Shown piece after piece: positions 28,692-39,478 of a DNA stretch of 64,000 bases. The notes beneath the pieces were generated by a model. The model had not been told where the DNA came from and searched no databases. It saw only the letters and a list, made by a program, of their open reading frames with translations. The DNA is from an uncultured SAR86 cluster bacterium (lineage in GTDB: Bacteria; Pseudomonadota; Gammaproteobacteria; Magnimaribacterales; AG-339-G14), in contig CACJNS010000003.1 of assembly GCA_902594855.1 (NCBI GenBank), positions 1,289-65,288 of the forward strand. The letters are read 5' to 3'. Both the position numbers and the translations under genes were made by a program. Each line of letters opens with the position of its first letter. Positions within the stretch are counted from its first letter, which is position 1.

Positions 28692-29936
28692 CTAGATTTT
28701 TGAGAACACCAAAGATGCGTTCGTTCCACCAAAACCAAATGAATTGTTTAGAACACAGTTAATTTCTTTTTCTTGAGATTCATTAGCAACATAGTTAAGT
28801 TTTGGAGCATCTCCATCAAGATTATCAAGATTTATGGTTGGAGGGAGACGATTATCTCTGAGACTTAGAATGGAAAAAATTGATTCAATTGCACCCGCTG
28901 CTCCTAAAAGATGACCAGTCATGGACTTTGTAGATGAAACAGCTATATGTTCTTGAGAAGTAGAAAAAATATCAGCTATCGCGTTTGCTTCAATGATATC
29001 TCCTAAGGGTGTAGATGTTCCATGAGCATTGATATAGTCAATTTTAGAGCTATCTAGATCTGCATCCTTTAATGCGGAGATCATTGCCTGTTTGGCACCC
29101 TTCCCGTCTTCAGCAGGCGCTGTCATATGAAAAGCATCAGAACTCATTCCAAATCCTGTTACTTCTGCAAAGATATTTGCAGATCTTGCTTTAGCATGCT
29201 CGTATTCTTCCAATACTAAAATACCTGCTCCATCACCTAAAACAAAACCATCCCTATCTTTATCCCACGGTCTGCTAGCTTTAGTAGGATTTTCATTGTT
29301 AGTAGATAATGCTGTTACTGCAGAAAACCCTCCTAAACCTAGAGGGGTTATAGCCATCTCTGATCCGCCGGTAATCATGACATCGCAATCTCCGTGTGAA
29401 ATCGACCTTGCTGAAAATCCAATGCTGTGATTTCCACTGGAACAAGCTGTAACAATCGACAAATTAGGGCCATGCAATCCATATTCGATGGAGACTAGGC
29501 CAGAAACCATGTTTACGATTGCTCCTGGAACAAAAAATGGTGAAATCTTTCTAGGACCTCTCTTATCTAAAGTCAGAGCATTTTTTTCAATGGTATCTAA
29601 ACCACCGATGCCAGATCCTATCGAGACTCCTATTCTCGAAGAATCGATGGAATTTAGCTCCAAGCCAGAATTTTCAATTGCATGTTTGGAAGCAACCAGT
29701 CCATATTGAACGAATTCATCAACTCTTCGTTTAGTCTTTACATCCAGATAATTTACATCATCAAAGTTTTCTACTGGAGCAGCAAATTTGGTTGGGTATT
29801 CTGTTACATCGAATGCAGTAACAGTTTTAGCGCCGCTTTTACCGGCTAAAATATTTTGCCAAGTTGTCTCTAATTCATTTCCCAACGGGGAAATGATACC
29901 CATGCCTGTAACTACAACTCTACGAGATGCGGCCAT
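28692..29936 (-). CDS. fabF: 3-oxoacyl-ACP synthase II
   Basis: TACSSG, NAHGTST, KSMTGHLLGAAG, NSFGFGG. Confidence 0.97.
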   Translation of the reverse strand: MAASRRVVVTGMGIISPLGNELETTWQNILAGKSGAKTVTAFDVTEYPTKFAAPVENFDDVNYLDVKTKRRVDEFVQYGLVASKHAIENSGLELNSIDSSRIGVSIGSGIGGLDTIEKNALTLDKRGPRKISPFFVPGAIVNMVSGLVSIEYGLHGPNLSIVTACSSGNHSIGFSARSISHGDCDVMITGGSEMAITPLGLGGFSAVTALSTNNENPTKASRPWDKDRDGFVLGDGAGILVLEEYEHAKARSANIFAEVTGFGMSSDAFHMTAPAEDGKGAKQAMISALKDADLDSSKIDYINAHGTSTPLGDIIEANAIADIFSTSQEHIAVSSTKSMTGHLLGAAGAIESIFSILSLRDNRLPPTINLDNLDGDAPKLNYVANESQEKEINCVLNNSFGFGGTNASLVFSKI

Positions 29937-29954
29937 GAGAGTATGTGAATGGAA

Positions 29955-30188
29955 TTAAGATGCAGATTCTATGTAATTGATAGCATCTTGAACAGTTGCT
30001 ATTTTCTCAGCTTCTTCATCAGGAATCTCAATTTCAAATTCCTCTTCAAAAGCCATTACAAGTTCAACAGTATCAAGTGAGTCTGCTCCCAAATCGTCTA
30101 TAAACGAAGCTGTTGTAGTAACTTCTTCTTCACTTACGCCTAATTGTTCGCAAACAATTCTCTGTACTCTTTCTTGTGTGCTGCTCAT
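29955..30188 (-). CDS. acpP: Acyl carrier protein
   Basis: [19 protein letters not shown]. Confidence 0.98.
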   Translation of the reverse strand: MSSTQERVQRIVCEQLGVSEEEVTTTASFIDDLGADSLDTVELVMAFEEEFEIEIPDEEAEKIATVQDAINYIESAS

Positions 30189-30265
30189 AAATACCTCGTT
30201 AAGGTTAAAAAGTTGTCGAATTATATACCTAGAAGATAAGTTTTTTAATTTTTTTTATACATAAC

Positions 30266-31000
30266 CTACATATAAAGTCCACCATTTATATGAATGGTCT
30301 GACCAGTAATGTAATTAGCTTCTTCTGAAGATAGAAAATAAATTAAATCAGCTACATCTTCGGGAGAACCAAGCCTTCCCAGAGGAATTTGGTCTGACAT
30401 AAACTTTAAAGTATCTTCATCCATACCTTTGATCATATCTGTCTCTATGAAACCTGGTGCAACGCAATTAACAGTTATATTCCTCGGTGCCAGTTCCCTG
30501 GCTAAAGACCTTGAAAATGCTTCTAAACCTGATTTTGCAGCTGCGTAATTAGCTTGCCCCTTATTTCCAATGGCAGCCGAAGTAGATGAGATATTAATAA
30601 TTCTTCCAGATTTATTTTTCACCATTTTTTTGGAAAAAAATTTAAGTAATGAGAAAACAGAACTAAGATGAACCTGAATTACCTCATCCCACTCTGCATC
30701 TTTCATCCTCAGAAAAATATTATCTCTTGTTATCCCGGCATTATTAACGACAATCTCTGGATTGATATCTTTCTCCTTCAAAGTATCAAATAAATTTTCA
30801 ATTGATTGCTTATCAGAGAGATCAAGTTTAATTCCAAAGCCTTCTCCAGATAATTCGGATAAAAATCCATCTATAACATTAACGCCTTCCTCAGAAGTAG
30901 CCGTTCCGATCACAGGAAACCCTTTGGAAGAAAATAACTTTAGTATGCTTTGACCAATGCCTCTCGAAGCACCAGATACAAAAACATATTGAGAATTCAA
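30266..31000 (-). CDS. fabG: 3-oxoacyl-ACP reductase
   Basis: GASRGIG, NNAGITRD, YAAAK, PGFIETDM. Confidence 0.96.
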   Translation of the reverse strand: MNSQYVFVSGASRGIGQSILKLFSSKGFPVIGTATSEEGVNVIDGFLSELSGEGFGIKLDLSDKQSIENLFDTLKEKDINPEIVVNNAGITRDNIFLRMKDAEWDEVIQVHLSSVFSLLKFFSKKMVKNKSGRIINISSTSAAIGNKGQANYAAAKSGLEAFSRSLARELAPRNITVNCVAPGFIETDMIKGMDEDTLKFMSDQIPLGRLGSPEDVADLIYFLSSEEANYITGQTIHINGGLYM

Positions 31001-31007
31001 AACTTAA

Positions 31008-31217
31008 TTATTCTGGAGTATTTTGTTCTTCAGTGTCTTCTTTGATTTTTACTTCCATTACCTTCTTGCCTTTGTAAAAACCATCTGAAGTCATGACATG
31101 ACGCTGATGACGCTCTCCTGTAACCTGATCGGTAGATAAGGTTGTGTTTTTTAGAGCATTATGGGACCTACGTGCTCCTCTTCTTGCTCTAGATACTTTA
31201 CTTTTTTGTACTGCCAT
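31008..31217 (-). CDS. rpmF: 50S ribosomal protein L32
   Basis: MAVQKSKVSRARRGARRSH...GFYKG. Confidence 0.96.
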   Translation of the reverse strand: MAVQKSKVSRARRGARRSHNALKNTTLSTDQVTGERHQRHVMTSDGFYKGKKVMEVKIKEDTEEQNTPE

Positions 31218-31257
31218 AATTAAAAGAATGCGATTCTAGATGAAATTTCGTTTCTCA

Positions 31258-32169
31258 TCAAACTTCAAAAGGTTGAAAAAAAGAATTTGGTACTTTGCTG
31301 GTGATTTTCAGATCCTTCTCTAAAATCTCCAAGCTTGAACAATGTAGATACATTCTTTTCTCCATGTCACTGTTTAAGGTCATTGAAGAATATTTTAAAT
31401 CTCCTACTATAGGAAAACCACTGGCACTAGTATGCACTCTAATTTGATGAGTTCTACCTGTCTCTAAGGAGCATTCTAGTAAAGAAAAGTATTGATTAGA
31501 TTTAATCAATTTAAAGTTTGTTGCTGAATATTTTCCATCTTCAGAAACAATGGTCTTTTTTAAATTTTCGTTCTTATTGACTTTCAATGGCAGTCTTATG
31601 TTATTAAGTTTCTTTGGCCAAGAGCCATGAATTAAGCAATGATATTTTTTAATTATTTGATTGGATCTAATAAACGAATTGTAAAGACGAGTGCTTTGTT
31701 TATTCTTAGCTACTATGATGCAGCCGGATGTTGCTTTATCTAACCTGTGAACAAGTTGAGCGTCTCTATAATCCTTTCCAAAATTTCTGACAATTTCAAT
31801 TAATCCAATACTTACTCTCGAGCCTCCGTGAACGGCTAAATTATGCTTTTTGTTAATTGCTAATATTTCTCCATCCTCATATATTACTTGTCCCTTAATT
31901 TCCTCTATAAGTCCTTTTTCCGGAGAACTTTGATTAAATTTTGTATTCAAAAATAAGGGGGGAATTCTTATTTTATCGCCTAAGGAAAGTTTAAAATGAG
32001 GTTTTACTCTGGAGCCGTTTATTCTGACCTCTCCTTTTCTAATAATTGAATAAATTTTTGATTTAGGTAAATCTTTGAATTTTCCTAACAAAAAATTATC
32101 TACTCTTTGATTTAATGAATTTGTGCCAATTTCTTCAATGGAAACTTTTGTATAGCTATCTTCTGTCAA
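31258..32169 (-). CDS. rluC: 23S rRNA pseudouridine synthase (RluA family)
   Basis: S4 domain, HRLDKATSG, TGRTHQIRVH; divergent from rne. Confidence 0.9.
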   Translation of the reverse strand: MTEDSYTKVSIEEIGTNSLNQRVDNFLLGKFKDLPKSKIYSIIRKGEVRINGSRVKPHFKLSLGDKIRIPPLFLNTKFNQSSPEKGLIEEIKGQVIYEDGEILAINKKHNLAVHGGSRVSIGLIEIVRNFGKDYRDAQLVHRLDKATSGCIIVAKNKQSTRLYNSFIRSNQIIKKYHCLIHGSWPKKLNNIRLPLKVNKNENLKKTIVSEDGKYSATNFKLIKSNQYFSLLECSLETGRTHQIRVHTSASGFPIVGDLKYSSMTLNSDMEKRMYLHCSSLEILEKDLKITSKVPNSFFQPFEV

Positions 32170-32225
32170 TTTCTTAAGCGGAATTGTTTTTAAATATCCT
32201 ATTAATGTGGTAGTTTAGCTTCTTT

Positions 32226-32430
32226 TTTAGGAGATAAAACATAGCAATTTTGCTCTTTATCTTTATTTTTAATCTCCTAAACGTATAAATTATTCAAAGA
32301 TAAAGAATTATTTGCATGTTAAATAATAGAGTTTTATAAGAACAATTAATATTTTTTCAGGTCAGTAGGCGTAAATCCTGAAAATCTCACATTTTTGAAG
32401 TCATTACTGACTCTTAATTACTTATAAAAC
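32226..32430 (+). promoter_or_regulatory. Structured rne 5' leader
   Basis: Stems TTTAGGAGAT/ATCTCCTAAA, GTTTTATAAG/CTTATAAAAC, TTTTCAGG/CCTGAAAA and AGTCA/TGACT in an unusually long intergenic region. Confidence 0.6.
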
Positions 32431-32448
32431 ATTTTTTTCGAGGTACTT

Positions 32449-34506
32449 ATGAAAAGAATGTTAATTAATGCTACTCAACCGGAAGAGCTTCGCGTTGCTA
32501 TGACTAGAGGAGATTCCCTCTATGATTTAGATATTGAAAACATCAATGAAGTAAGAAGGAAGGGAAATATCTACAAAGGTATTGTTACCAGAGTGGAACC
32601 AAGTTTAGGGGCTGCATTTATCAATTTTGGTGCTGATAGACACGGTTTTCTGCCTTTTAAGGAGGTTGCACCCCAATTTTATCCAAAAGACAAAAAAGGA
32701 AGATTATCCATAACCGATTGTCTATCTAAAAATCAAGAAATTATCGTTCAAGTTGAAAAAGAAGAACGCGGAAACAAAGGTGCTGCATTAACTACTTTTG
32801 TCAGTTTGGCAGGAAGATTTTTAGTTTTAATGCCGAACAACCCAAAAGCTCAAGGCATCTCTAGAAGATTAAACCCTTCTGAGAGAGATACTTTGAAACA
32901 AAAAGTTTCTGCTCTGAACATTCCTGAAGAAATGGGGATAATTGTAAGGACTGCTGGGGAAGGAAAAGAATTGACTGAATTAGAATGGGACTTAGATTAT
33001 TTATTGAAAGTCTGGGATGCAATTTTAGAAGCAAATCTTCAAAAAAATGGTCCTTTCTTAATTTACAAAGAAAGTGATGTAATCATTAGATCTCTCCGAG
33101 ATTATGTTAGGGAAGACGTTGATGAAGTTTGGATAGATACTCAAGAAGCATATGACCAAGCCATAGAGTTTGTAGACAGAGTTATGCCAGAACAATCAAA
33201 TATCATAAAAAGATATGAAAACAGTCTGCCTCTTTTCACTCGATATCAAATTGAATCTCAAATAGAGACTGCTTATCAAAGAGAAGTAAAACTTGAGTCA
33301 GGTGGATCAATAGTCATTGATGATGCAGAAGCCTTAGTAGCGATAGACATAAATTCATCAAAAGCAACTTCAGGCAAAGATATTGAAGAAACTGCTACGC
33401 ATACAAATCTTGAAGCAGCAAGAGAAATATCCAGGCAGTTGAGACTTAGAGATATTGGCGGTCTGGTAGTTATTGATTTTATTGACATGATGAATCTCGA
33501 AAATAAAAGAAAAGTGGAAGATGAAATGCGAAATTCTCTCTCAGCGGATAGAGCGAGAGTACAAATCGGCAGAATTTCAAGATTTGGTCTTCTTGAACTC
33601 TCTAGACAAAGACTGAGATCTTCTTTGAAGGAAAGATGGACACAAGATATTAATACCCTCTCAACCGCTGTATTAAGATTAATCGAAGAGGAAAGTAGTA
33701 AAGAAAATACAGGAGAAGTGAGAGCGATCGTATCGCCATCAATGTCTGCTCTTCTTTTGAATGAGAGAAGAATCAGACTTAACGATATCGAAGCTAGAGC
33801 TAACTTAAAAGTAACTGTTATAGCTGACCCCATTCGTCCAGATACAAGATTTGAAGTTGTAAGATTAAAAGATGGGGAAATAATTGAAGAGGAAACAAGT
33901 TCTCACATACAAGAACAATTAGAGAAAGATTCAATCAGTTCTCCTGTTGCAAGAAAGGAGGAAAAAGCTGCTGTTAATCTGATGCCATCCTCTAGACCTA
34001 AAACTGGTTTGATATCTAAATTGATGAATCTGTTTAAAAGTAGCAAACCTAAAGGAAAGAAAAAACCAAAAAATATAAGAAAACGAAATCCTAGAAAAGC
34101 TCAAAATAAAAAACATCAGCCTAAACAGGATGCTAGAAGGAATTCTAATCAAAAGAGAAAACCGTCTAATCAAAAAAGGGATCAAGTTAAATCTAAGACA
34201 ACCGCAAAAAAAGATTCAGTAAATGAAGCACCAAAGAAAAAAATCTCAAAACCAAAAAAAGATAATAAACCCGTTGCAAAAAAAGATTCTGAGGCAAAAC
34301 TTCAAGCTGGTGCTGCTGTAGGTAAAGTTAAAGAAACTAACAAGGAATCAAAATCTGAAATTAGTAAAAAAGCTACTAAACCAGTGAAATTATCTAGACC
34401 TAAGAAAGTTGAAGAACCCAAAAAGGTTGAAAAAGAGGAATCAGTTTTAGATCAGAAACAACATGCCGGCGATATTAGAGCCTCTAACGATCCAAGAAAT
34501 AAATAA
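32449..34506 (+). CDS. rne: Ribonuclease E
   Basis: MKRMLINATQ, S1 domain, AIDINS, IDFIDM; membrane-targeting helix GLISKLMNLF; basic disordered tail ending RASNDPR. Confidence 0.96.
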   Translation: MKRMLINATQPEELRVAMTRGDSLYDLDIENINEVRRKGNIYKGIVTRVEPSLGAAFINFGADRHGFLPFKEVAPQFYPKDKKGRLSITDCLSKNQEIIVQVEKEERGNKGAALTTFVSLAGRFLVLMPNNPKAQGISRRLNPSERDTLKQKVSALNIPEEMGIIVRTAGEGKELTELEWDLDYLLKVWDAILEANLQKNGPFLIYKESDVIIRSLRDYVREDVDEVWIDTQEAYDQAIEFVDRVMPEQSNIIKRYENSLPLFTRYQIESQIETAYQREVKLESGGSIVIDDAEALVAIDINSSKATSGKDIEETATHTNLEAAREISRQLRLRDIGGLVVIDFIDMMNLENKRKVEDEMRNSLSADRARVQIGRISRFGLLELSRQRLRSSLKERWTQDINTLSTAVLRLIEEESSKENTGEVRAIVSPSMSALLLNERRIRLNDIEARANLKVTVIADPIRPDTRFEVVRLKDGEIIEEETSSHIQEQLEKDSISSPVARKEEKAAVNLMPSSRPKTGLISKLMNLFKSSKPKGKKKPKNIRKRNPRKAQNKKHQPKQDARRNSNQKRKPSNQKRDQVKSKTTAKKDSVNEAPKKKISKPKKDNKPVAKKDSEAKLQAGAAVGKVKETNKESKSEISKKATKPVKLSRPKKVEEPKKVEKEESVLDQKQHAGDIRASNDPRNK

Positions 34507-34507
34507 T

Positions 34508-35329
34508 CTATTTAAGACTATTCAAGTAATGTTGAATTAAATCTCCTGAAATAGATACGCCTGGTGGAGGTGTATTAGGTAAATTATCAACTTCAAACCA
34601 TTGAGCATCATCTATCTCATCGTTGTCTGGGGTTATTTCTCCAGATTTGTATTCAGCAAAATATCCAAGCATTAATTGACCTGGGAAAGGCCAAGACTGA
34701 CTTTGAAAATATTTAATATTGTGAACCTCTATTCCAACTTCTTCTTTTACTTCTCTCATTAAACAAGCTTCGGCACTTTCTCCAGCCTCAATAAAACCAG
34801 CAATAGTGCTGTAAAGATTCACTGGAAAATTTTTATTGTGAGCCAATAAGATGCTTTTATCTTTATGAATTAAGGTAATTATGCATGGAGAAATTTTTGG
34901 ATAAACTAAAGGCGCATGACAATTATGACATTTCATAGCCCTTTCTCTTTCATCATGATGTAATTCTGATCCGCAAAAGCCGCAATATTTATTTGAATCT
35001 GACCAGTTAACTATCTGAAATGCTCTAGAAATGGCTTCGAATAGACGCATATTCATCACAGGAAATAAAGCTCTTAAATCGGTAAAAGTTGTATCTGGAA
35101 TCAATGTTTGTTCATTTGACACAGACACAGCATAAAGGGGTGAATCATCTAAATATCCAATAAAGTGTCTACTTTTTTCTTCTAGGCCTGACCATTTCAT
35201 TTCATCCTCAGTAGCTGGTCGGACCGAAGATTCTTTTAAAAAGTGTAATAACTTTGAATTATATACAGGAAAGTACTTTGACTCTTTGGACGTATCATCT
35301 ATAAAATTAGCCGGCGTAAAGATATTCAT
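34508..35329 (-). CDS. nudC: NADH pyrophosphatase
   Basis: CGFC/CHNC, Nudix box [29 protein letters not shown]. Confidence 0.94.
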   Translation of the reverse strand: MNIFTPANFIDDTSKESKYFPVYNSKLLHFLKESSVRPATEDEMKWSGLEEKSRHFIGYLDDSPLYAVSVSNEQTLIPDTTFTDLRALFPVMNMRLFEAISRAFQIVNWSDSNKYCGFCGSELHHDERERAMKCHNCHAPLVYPKISPCIITLIHKDKSILLAHNKNFPVNLYSTIAGFIEAGESAEACLMREVKEEVGIEVHNIKYFQSQSWPFPGQLMLGYFAEYKSGEITPDNDEIDDAQWFEVDNLPNTPPPGVSISGDLIQHYLNSLK

Positions 35330-35339
35330 ACAAAAAACT

Positions 35340-36848
35340 ATGTCCTCAGCAATTTTTAAGAACTTTCTTGGTCATGCTCCTGATTGGTATAAGCAGACCA
35401 TTCTAGCCTTTTTAGTTATAAATCCAATTCTTTACTTCATTTGTATTGCAACGTCCTTGCCTGCTGGGACCATTTTAGGCTGGGTTATTCTTGCGGAATT
35501 TATTTTTACACTTGCCATGACTTTTAAATGTCACCCTCTTCCTCCTGGAGGACTGATTGCACTGCAGGCAGTTATTTTAGGGCTCACTTCAACCAGTCAA
35601 GTTTATTACGAAATTTCTCTAAACCTTAAAGTAATTCTATTGCTTATGTTCATGGTTGCTGGAATATTTTTTATGAAGGACTTGCTTCTTTTTATTTTTA
35701 CTAAGCTTTTATTGAAAGTAAAAAACAAGACAACTGTATCTCTTCTTTTTGTCTTCGCTGCCGCTTTTTTATCAGCTTTTCTTGATGCCTTAACTGTAAC
35801 AGCAGTTTTAATATCCGTCGCCGTTGGTTTTTATACTGTTTATCACCAAGCGGCATCTGGAAAAGATTATTTAGATGAACATGACTTAAACGATGATTCT
35901 CATCTAGACGATAATGAATCAATTAATTTAGAAAAATTTAAACTCTTTCTTTGTAACCTACTAATGCATGGAGCCGTGGGAACAGCTCTTGGTGGCGTTT
36001 GTACTATTGTAGGAGAGCCACAAAATCTTCTTATTGCATCCATCGCCGAATGGGACTTTATAGAATTTTTTATGAGGATGGCTCCAATTTCAATGCCTGT
36101 TTTAATCGCTGGCTTGTTCACTACATTATTTTTAGAAAGATTTAAGGTTTTTGGATACGGCGCTCAACTCCCAGAAAGAGTCAGAGATATACTTCAAGCA
36201 TTTGATGATGATCAAACAGCTAACTTAACAGATCAAGTTAAAGCCAAACTTCTCGTTCAACTAATCGTTGGATTAATCCTTATGTTCTCTTTGGCATTTA
36301 GTATTGCTGCTGTTGGTCTTATAGGTTTGATGATTATTATACTTTTGACTTCATTTACAGGGATCATTGAAGAAAAAGAATTAGGAAAAGCCTTCGAGGA
36401 AGCTCTTCCTTTCACAGCCCTGCTGGTTGTTTTTTTTGCTGTGGTTGCAGTTATACACGATCAACATTTATTTAAGCCTGTTATTGATTATGTGTTTCTT
36501 CAAGCTGTGGAACTTCAAGCGCCTCTGTTTTTTATAGCAAATGGAATTTTATCCATGATTAGTGACAATGTTTTTGTTGCTACTATTTATATCAACGAAA
36601 TTAAAGCTGCATTAGATTCTGGAGAAATCAGCAGAAATCAATTTGATGCGTTAGCTGTTGCGATAAATACCGGTACAAACTTACCAAGTGTTGCTACTCC
36701 AAACGGACAAGCAGCTTTTCTCTTCTTGCTAACATCATCAGTGGCTCCTCTAATTGGTCTGTCTTATTTAAGAATGGTCAAGCTGGCTCTTCCTTATACA
36801 ATCGTATTGAGCTCTGTTGGATTGACAGCAATTTTTTATTACTTTTAA
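35340..36848 (+). CDS. nhaB: Na+/H+ antiporter NhaB
   Basis: [44 protein letters not shown] 35340 preferred over the track start at 35286, which overlaps nudC. Confidence 0.95.
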   Translation: MSSAIFKNFLGHAPDWYKQTILAFLVINPILYFICIATSLPAGTILGWVILAEFIFTLAMTFKCHPLPPGGLIALQAVILGLTSTSQVYYEISLNLKVILLLMFMVAGIFFMKDLLLFIFTKLLLKVKNKTTVSLLFVFAAAFLSAFLDALTVTAVLISVAVGFYTVYHQAASGKDYLDEHDLNDDSHLDDNESINLEKFKLFLCNLLMHGAVGTALGGVCTIVGEPQNLLIASIAEWDFIEFFMRMAPISMPVLIAGLFTTLFLERFKVFGYGAQLPERVRDILQAFDDDQTANLTDQVKAKLLVQLIVGLILMFSLAFSIAAVGLIGLMIIILLTSFTGIIEEKELGKAFEEALPFTALLVVFFAVVAVIHDQHLFKPVIDYVFLQAVELQAPLFFIANGILSMISDNVFVATIYINEIKAALDSGEISRNQFDALAVAINTGTNLPSVATPNGQAAFLFLLTSSVAPLIGLSYLRMVKLALPYTIVLSSVGLTAIFYYF

Positions 36849-37807
36849 TGGATAGAACCTTTTGTATCGCCCCAATGATGGGAAGAACTGATACGCATTT
36901 TAGAAATCTTTGTAGGTTTGCTTCAAAACATGCTGTTTTATTCACAGAAATGGTGCATTCCAATGCCCTTTTGAAAAACAAACGAATAGATAAATATATA
37001 CAAAGAACTGATATAGAAAATCCAGTTGTCTTCCAGCTTGGCGGTTGTGAACCAAGGGATCTCGCAGAAGCAACTAAAATAATTAATGAAAACAAATACG
37101 ATGAAATTAATTTGAATGTTGGTTGTCCTAGCCCAAGGGTGAAATCAGGAGGTTTTGGAGCATTTCTCATGTACGAACCAACTAAAGTGAAAGATTGTCT
37201 TTCTGCTATGACTGCATCTTCTGATATACCAATAACTGCAAAAATTAGATTGGGAGTAGATAATCAAGATATTGAAGAAACTTTAGATAATTTCATTGAA
37301 ATCATTTTGCAATCTGGAATAAAAACTCTATATGTGCATGCCAGAAAAGGAATGCTTGAAGGATTAAATCCAAAAGAAAATAGAAATATTCCACCTCTTA
37401 ACTACGAAAGAGTCTATCGATTAAAAGAAGATTTTCCAGATATTGAAATAATACTCAACGGAGGTTTATCTAACTTTCAAGAAGATAAAGATAAATTAAA
37501 AATGATTGATGGTTTGATGTACGGAAGGTATATCTGTGAAAAACCTTATGAATTAACTAAAGTAGATAAAATTTTTTATCAATCAACAAATGAAACTGAA
37601 ATTGAATCTCTTGTAATGATGATGGAAAAATATTTGATAGAAAATCAAGATTTAGGATTCTCAGGCTACTTAATTAAAAGGCATATGGTAAATTTTTTTA
37701 AAGGTTTTAGTTATTCAAAAAAGATAAGACAAATAATTATGTCGGATAACCTAAACGTAGATGAGATAATAAAAATACTGAAGAAAAAACATTTATTAGT
37801 CGCATGA
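36848..37807 (+). CDS. dusA: tRNA-dihydrouridine synthase A
   Basis: APMM, QLGG, NLNVGCPSPRV, HARK...GLNPKENR.IPPL.Y. Confidence 0.9.
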   Translation: MDRTFCIAPMMGRTDTHFRNLCRFASKHAVLFTEMVHSNALLKNKRIDKYIQRTDIENPVVFQLGGCEPRDLAEATKIINENKYDEINLNVGCPSPRVKSGGFGAFLMYEPTKVKDCLSAMTASSDIPITAKIRLGVDNQDIEETLDNFIEIILQSGIKTLYVHARKGMLEGLNPKENRNIPPLNYERVYRLKEDFPDIEIILNGGLSNFQEDKDKLKMIDGLMYGRYICEKPYELTKVDKIFYQSTNETEIESLVMMMEKYLIENQDLGFSGYLIKRHMVNFFKGFSYSKKIRQIIMSDNLNVDEIIKILKKKHLLVA

Positions 37808-38250
37808 AATTTTTCAAAAATTTATTTAAAACTAAAGAAAGTGAAGATGAGAGCAAAGATAACAGTATTCAAAAATCCATTTGCTCTTTAATGATAGAAG
37901 TTGCTTATGCCGATAATCAATTAGATGAATCTGAATTGAAAGCTATGGCTAATTCCCTCAATAAATTAGATATTGAAGAAGAAGAGATACAAGAAATCGT
38001 TGATGCAACTCTTGCAAAGTCTAAAGAATCAATTTCTTTTTATGAACACACGAGAATACTTAATGATCAACTTGACTACGATCAGAAAAAAGAAGTCCTG
38101 AATTCTGTTTGGGCAATAGCTTTTGCAGATGGAGAGATGGATAAGCATGAAGAGCATCTGATAAGAAGAATTGCTGATCTTTTATACCTCAATCATAAAG
38201 ATTTTATTAATGCCAAATTAATTCAAAAAGAAACTAATGAAGATAGTTAA
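37804..38250 (+). CDS. TerB-family protein
   Basis: EVAYAD..LDESE and AFADGEMDKHEEHLIRRIADLL. Confidence 0.8.
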   Translation: MKFFKNLFKTKESEDESKDNSIQKSICSLMIEVAYADNQLDESELKAMANSLNKLDIEEEEIQEIVDATLAKSKESISFYEHTRILNDQLDYDQKKEVLNSVWAIAFADGEMDKHEEHLIRRIADLLYLNHKDFINAKLIQKETNEDS

Positions 38251-39478
38251 TCCAAGCAAGCATCATTTATCAAAGGAAAAACTCCAATTCATGGATGAAC
38301 TTTTCATGGATAGATACATATCACCAGGAAAAATATCTGGAACACAAACCTTGGTGGCAAGGAATGGAGAAATTGTTCATTGTCATTCTCAGGGTTTAAG
38401 AGATATTGAACAAAATCTAAAGATGGAAGATGACTCGATTTTTAGAATCTATTCAATGACAAAACCTGTAACCGGAGTAGCCTTAATGCAGTTATATGAA
38501 AAAGGTTATTTTCATCTGGCAGACCCGGTGAGCAAATTTCTCCCTGAATTTAAAAATCAAACAGTTTACATAAGTGGAATCTATCCGGCATTTGATACCA
38601 GACCTGTAAACAGAGAAATGACAATTCGAGATTTATTAACTCATACCTCTGGTCTCAGCTATTCAATTAATTTTGAAAATCACTTAGATAGTGCCTATAG
38701 ACATGTATTTGATGAATTACTACCAGACAGGGAAAGACGTTCTCTGGATTTAAAAGATGTATGCGAGACTTTAGCTACCCTTCCCCTTCAATTTTCCCCT
38801 GGCGAAGGCTGGCTCTATAGTGTTTCTATAGATGTGTGCGCAAGAATTGTTGAAGTTATATCAGGAGAGAAAATAGATGATTACTTTAAAGAAAACATAT
38901 TTGATCCCTTAGGTATGAAAGATACAGGATTTATAGTGCCTCAAAAGGATGCAGATAGATTGACAGCTTTGTATTGGAGAACGCCCGAAAAAAAATTAGT
39001 CCTAGAAGATCCATCTGGAAAAGAAAGTAACATGTTGATAGATAAAAAATTCAAAGGAGGCGGTAGTGGTCTCGCATCTACTATTGAAGACTATTTCAAG
39101 TTTAGTCAGATGCTCTTAAATGGTGGCGAATTAAATGGGAAAAGAATACTCTCAAGAAAAACTGTTGAGTTAATGACAATGAATCACCTTCCTAATAACA
39201 ATACTTTGATAGATATGAATGCTGGAGGAGGTTTTTCTGAGGTACGTTATCAGGGGATGGGTTATGGTCTGAGCATGGCTGTAACTGTAGATCAAGCTGC
39301 TACACAAATCTCTGGAACTGCGGGCTCCTATAACTGGGGCGGTATGGCAAGTACTTTTTTCTGGATAGATCCAATAGAAAATTTATTAGGGATCTTCATG
39401 ACTCAATTGAGGCCTTCGACTACCTTTCCATTTAGAGGGCAAATGCAAGCTATGGTGTACGGATCATTTGAGGACTAA
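38237..39478 (+). CDS. Serine hydrolase (class C beta-lactamase-like esterase)
   Basis: SMTK, LLTHTSG, PGEGWLYS, WGG. Confidence 0.9.
   Translation: MKIVNPSKHHLSKEKLQFMDELFMDRYISPGKISGTQTLVARNGEIVHCHSQGLRDIEQNLKMEDDSIFRIYSMTKPVTGVALMQLYEKGYFHLADPVSKFLPEFKNQTVYISGIYPAFDTRPVNREMTIRDLLTHTSGLSYSINFENHLDSAYRHVFDELLPDRERRSLDLKDVCETLATLPLQFSPGEGWLYSVSIDVCARIVEVISGEKIDDYFKENIFDPLGMKDTGFIVPQKDADRLTALYWRTPEKKLVLEDPSGKESNMLIDKKFKGGGSGLASTIEDYFKFSQMLLNGGELNGKRILSRKTVELMTMNHLPNNNTLIDMNAGGGFSEVRYQGMGYGLSMAVTVDQAATQISGTAGSYNWGGMASTFFWIDPIENLLGIFMTQLRPSTTFPFRGQMQAMVYGSFED

Noticed and set aside
31008-31217. Cys-free L32 as further evidence of Zn sparing
   Set aside because: The Zn-free form is normal in many Gammaproteobacteria, including E. 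coli.
34040-34506. Lys/Arg-rich low-complexity stretch as a repeat element or separate histone-like gene
   Set aside because: It is the ordinary disordered C-terminal scaffold of RNase E, in frame and ending in the NDPR motif.
37804-39478. TerB plus beta-lactamase-fold genes as a resistance island
   Set aside because: Both families are widespread non-resistance proteins; the hydrolase has no signal peptide, and there is no ter operon or mobility gene.
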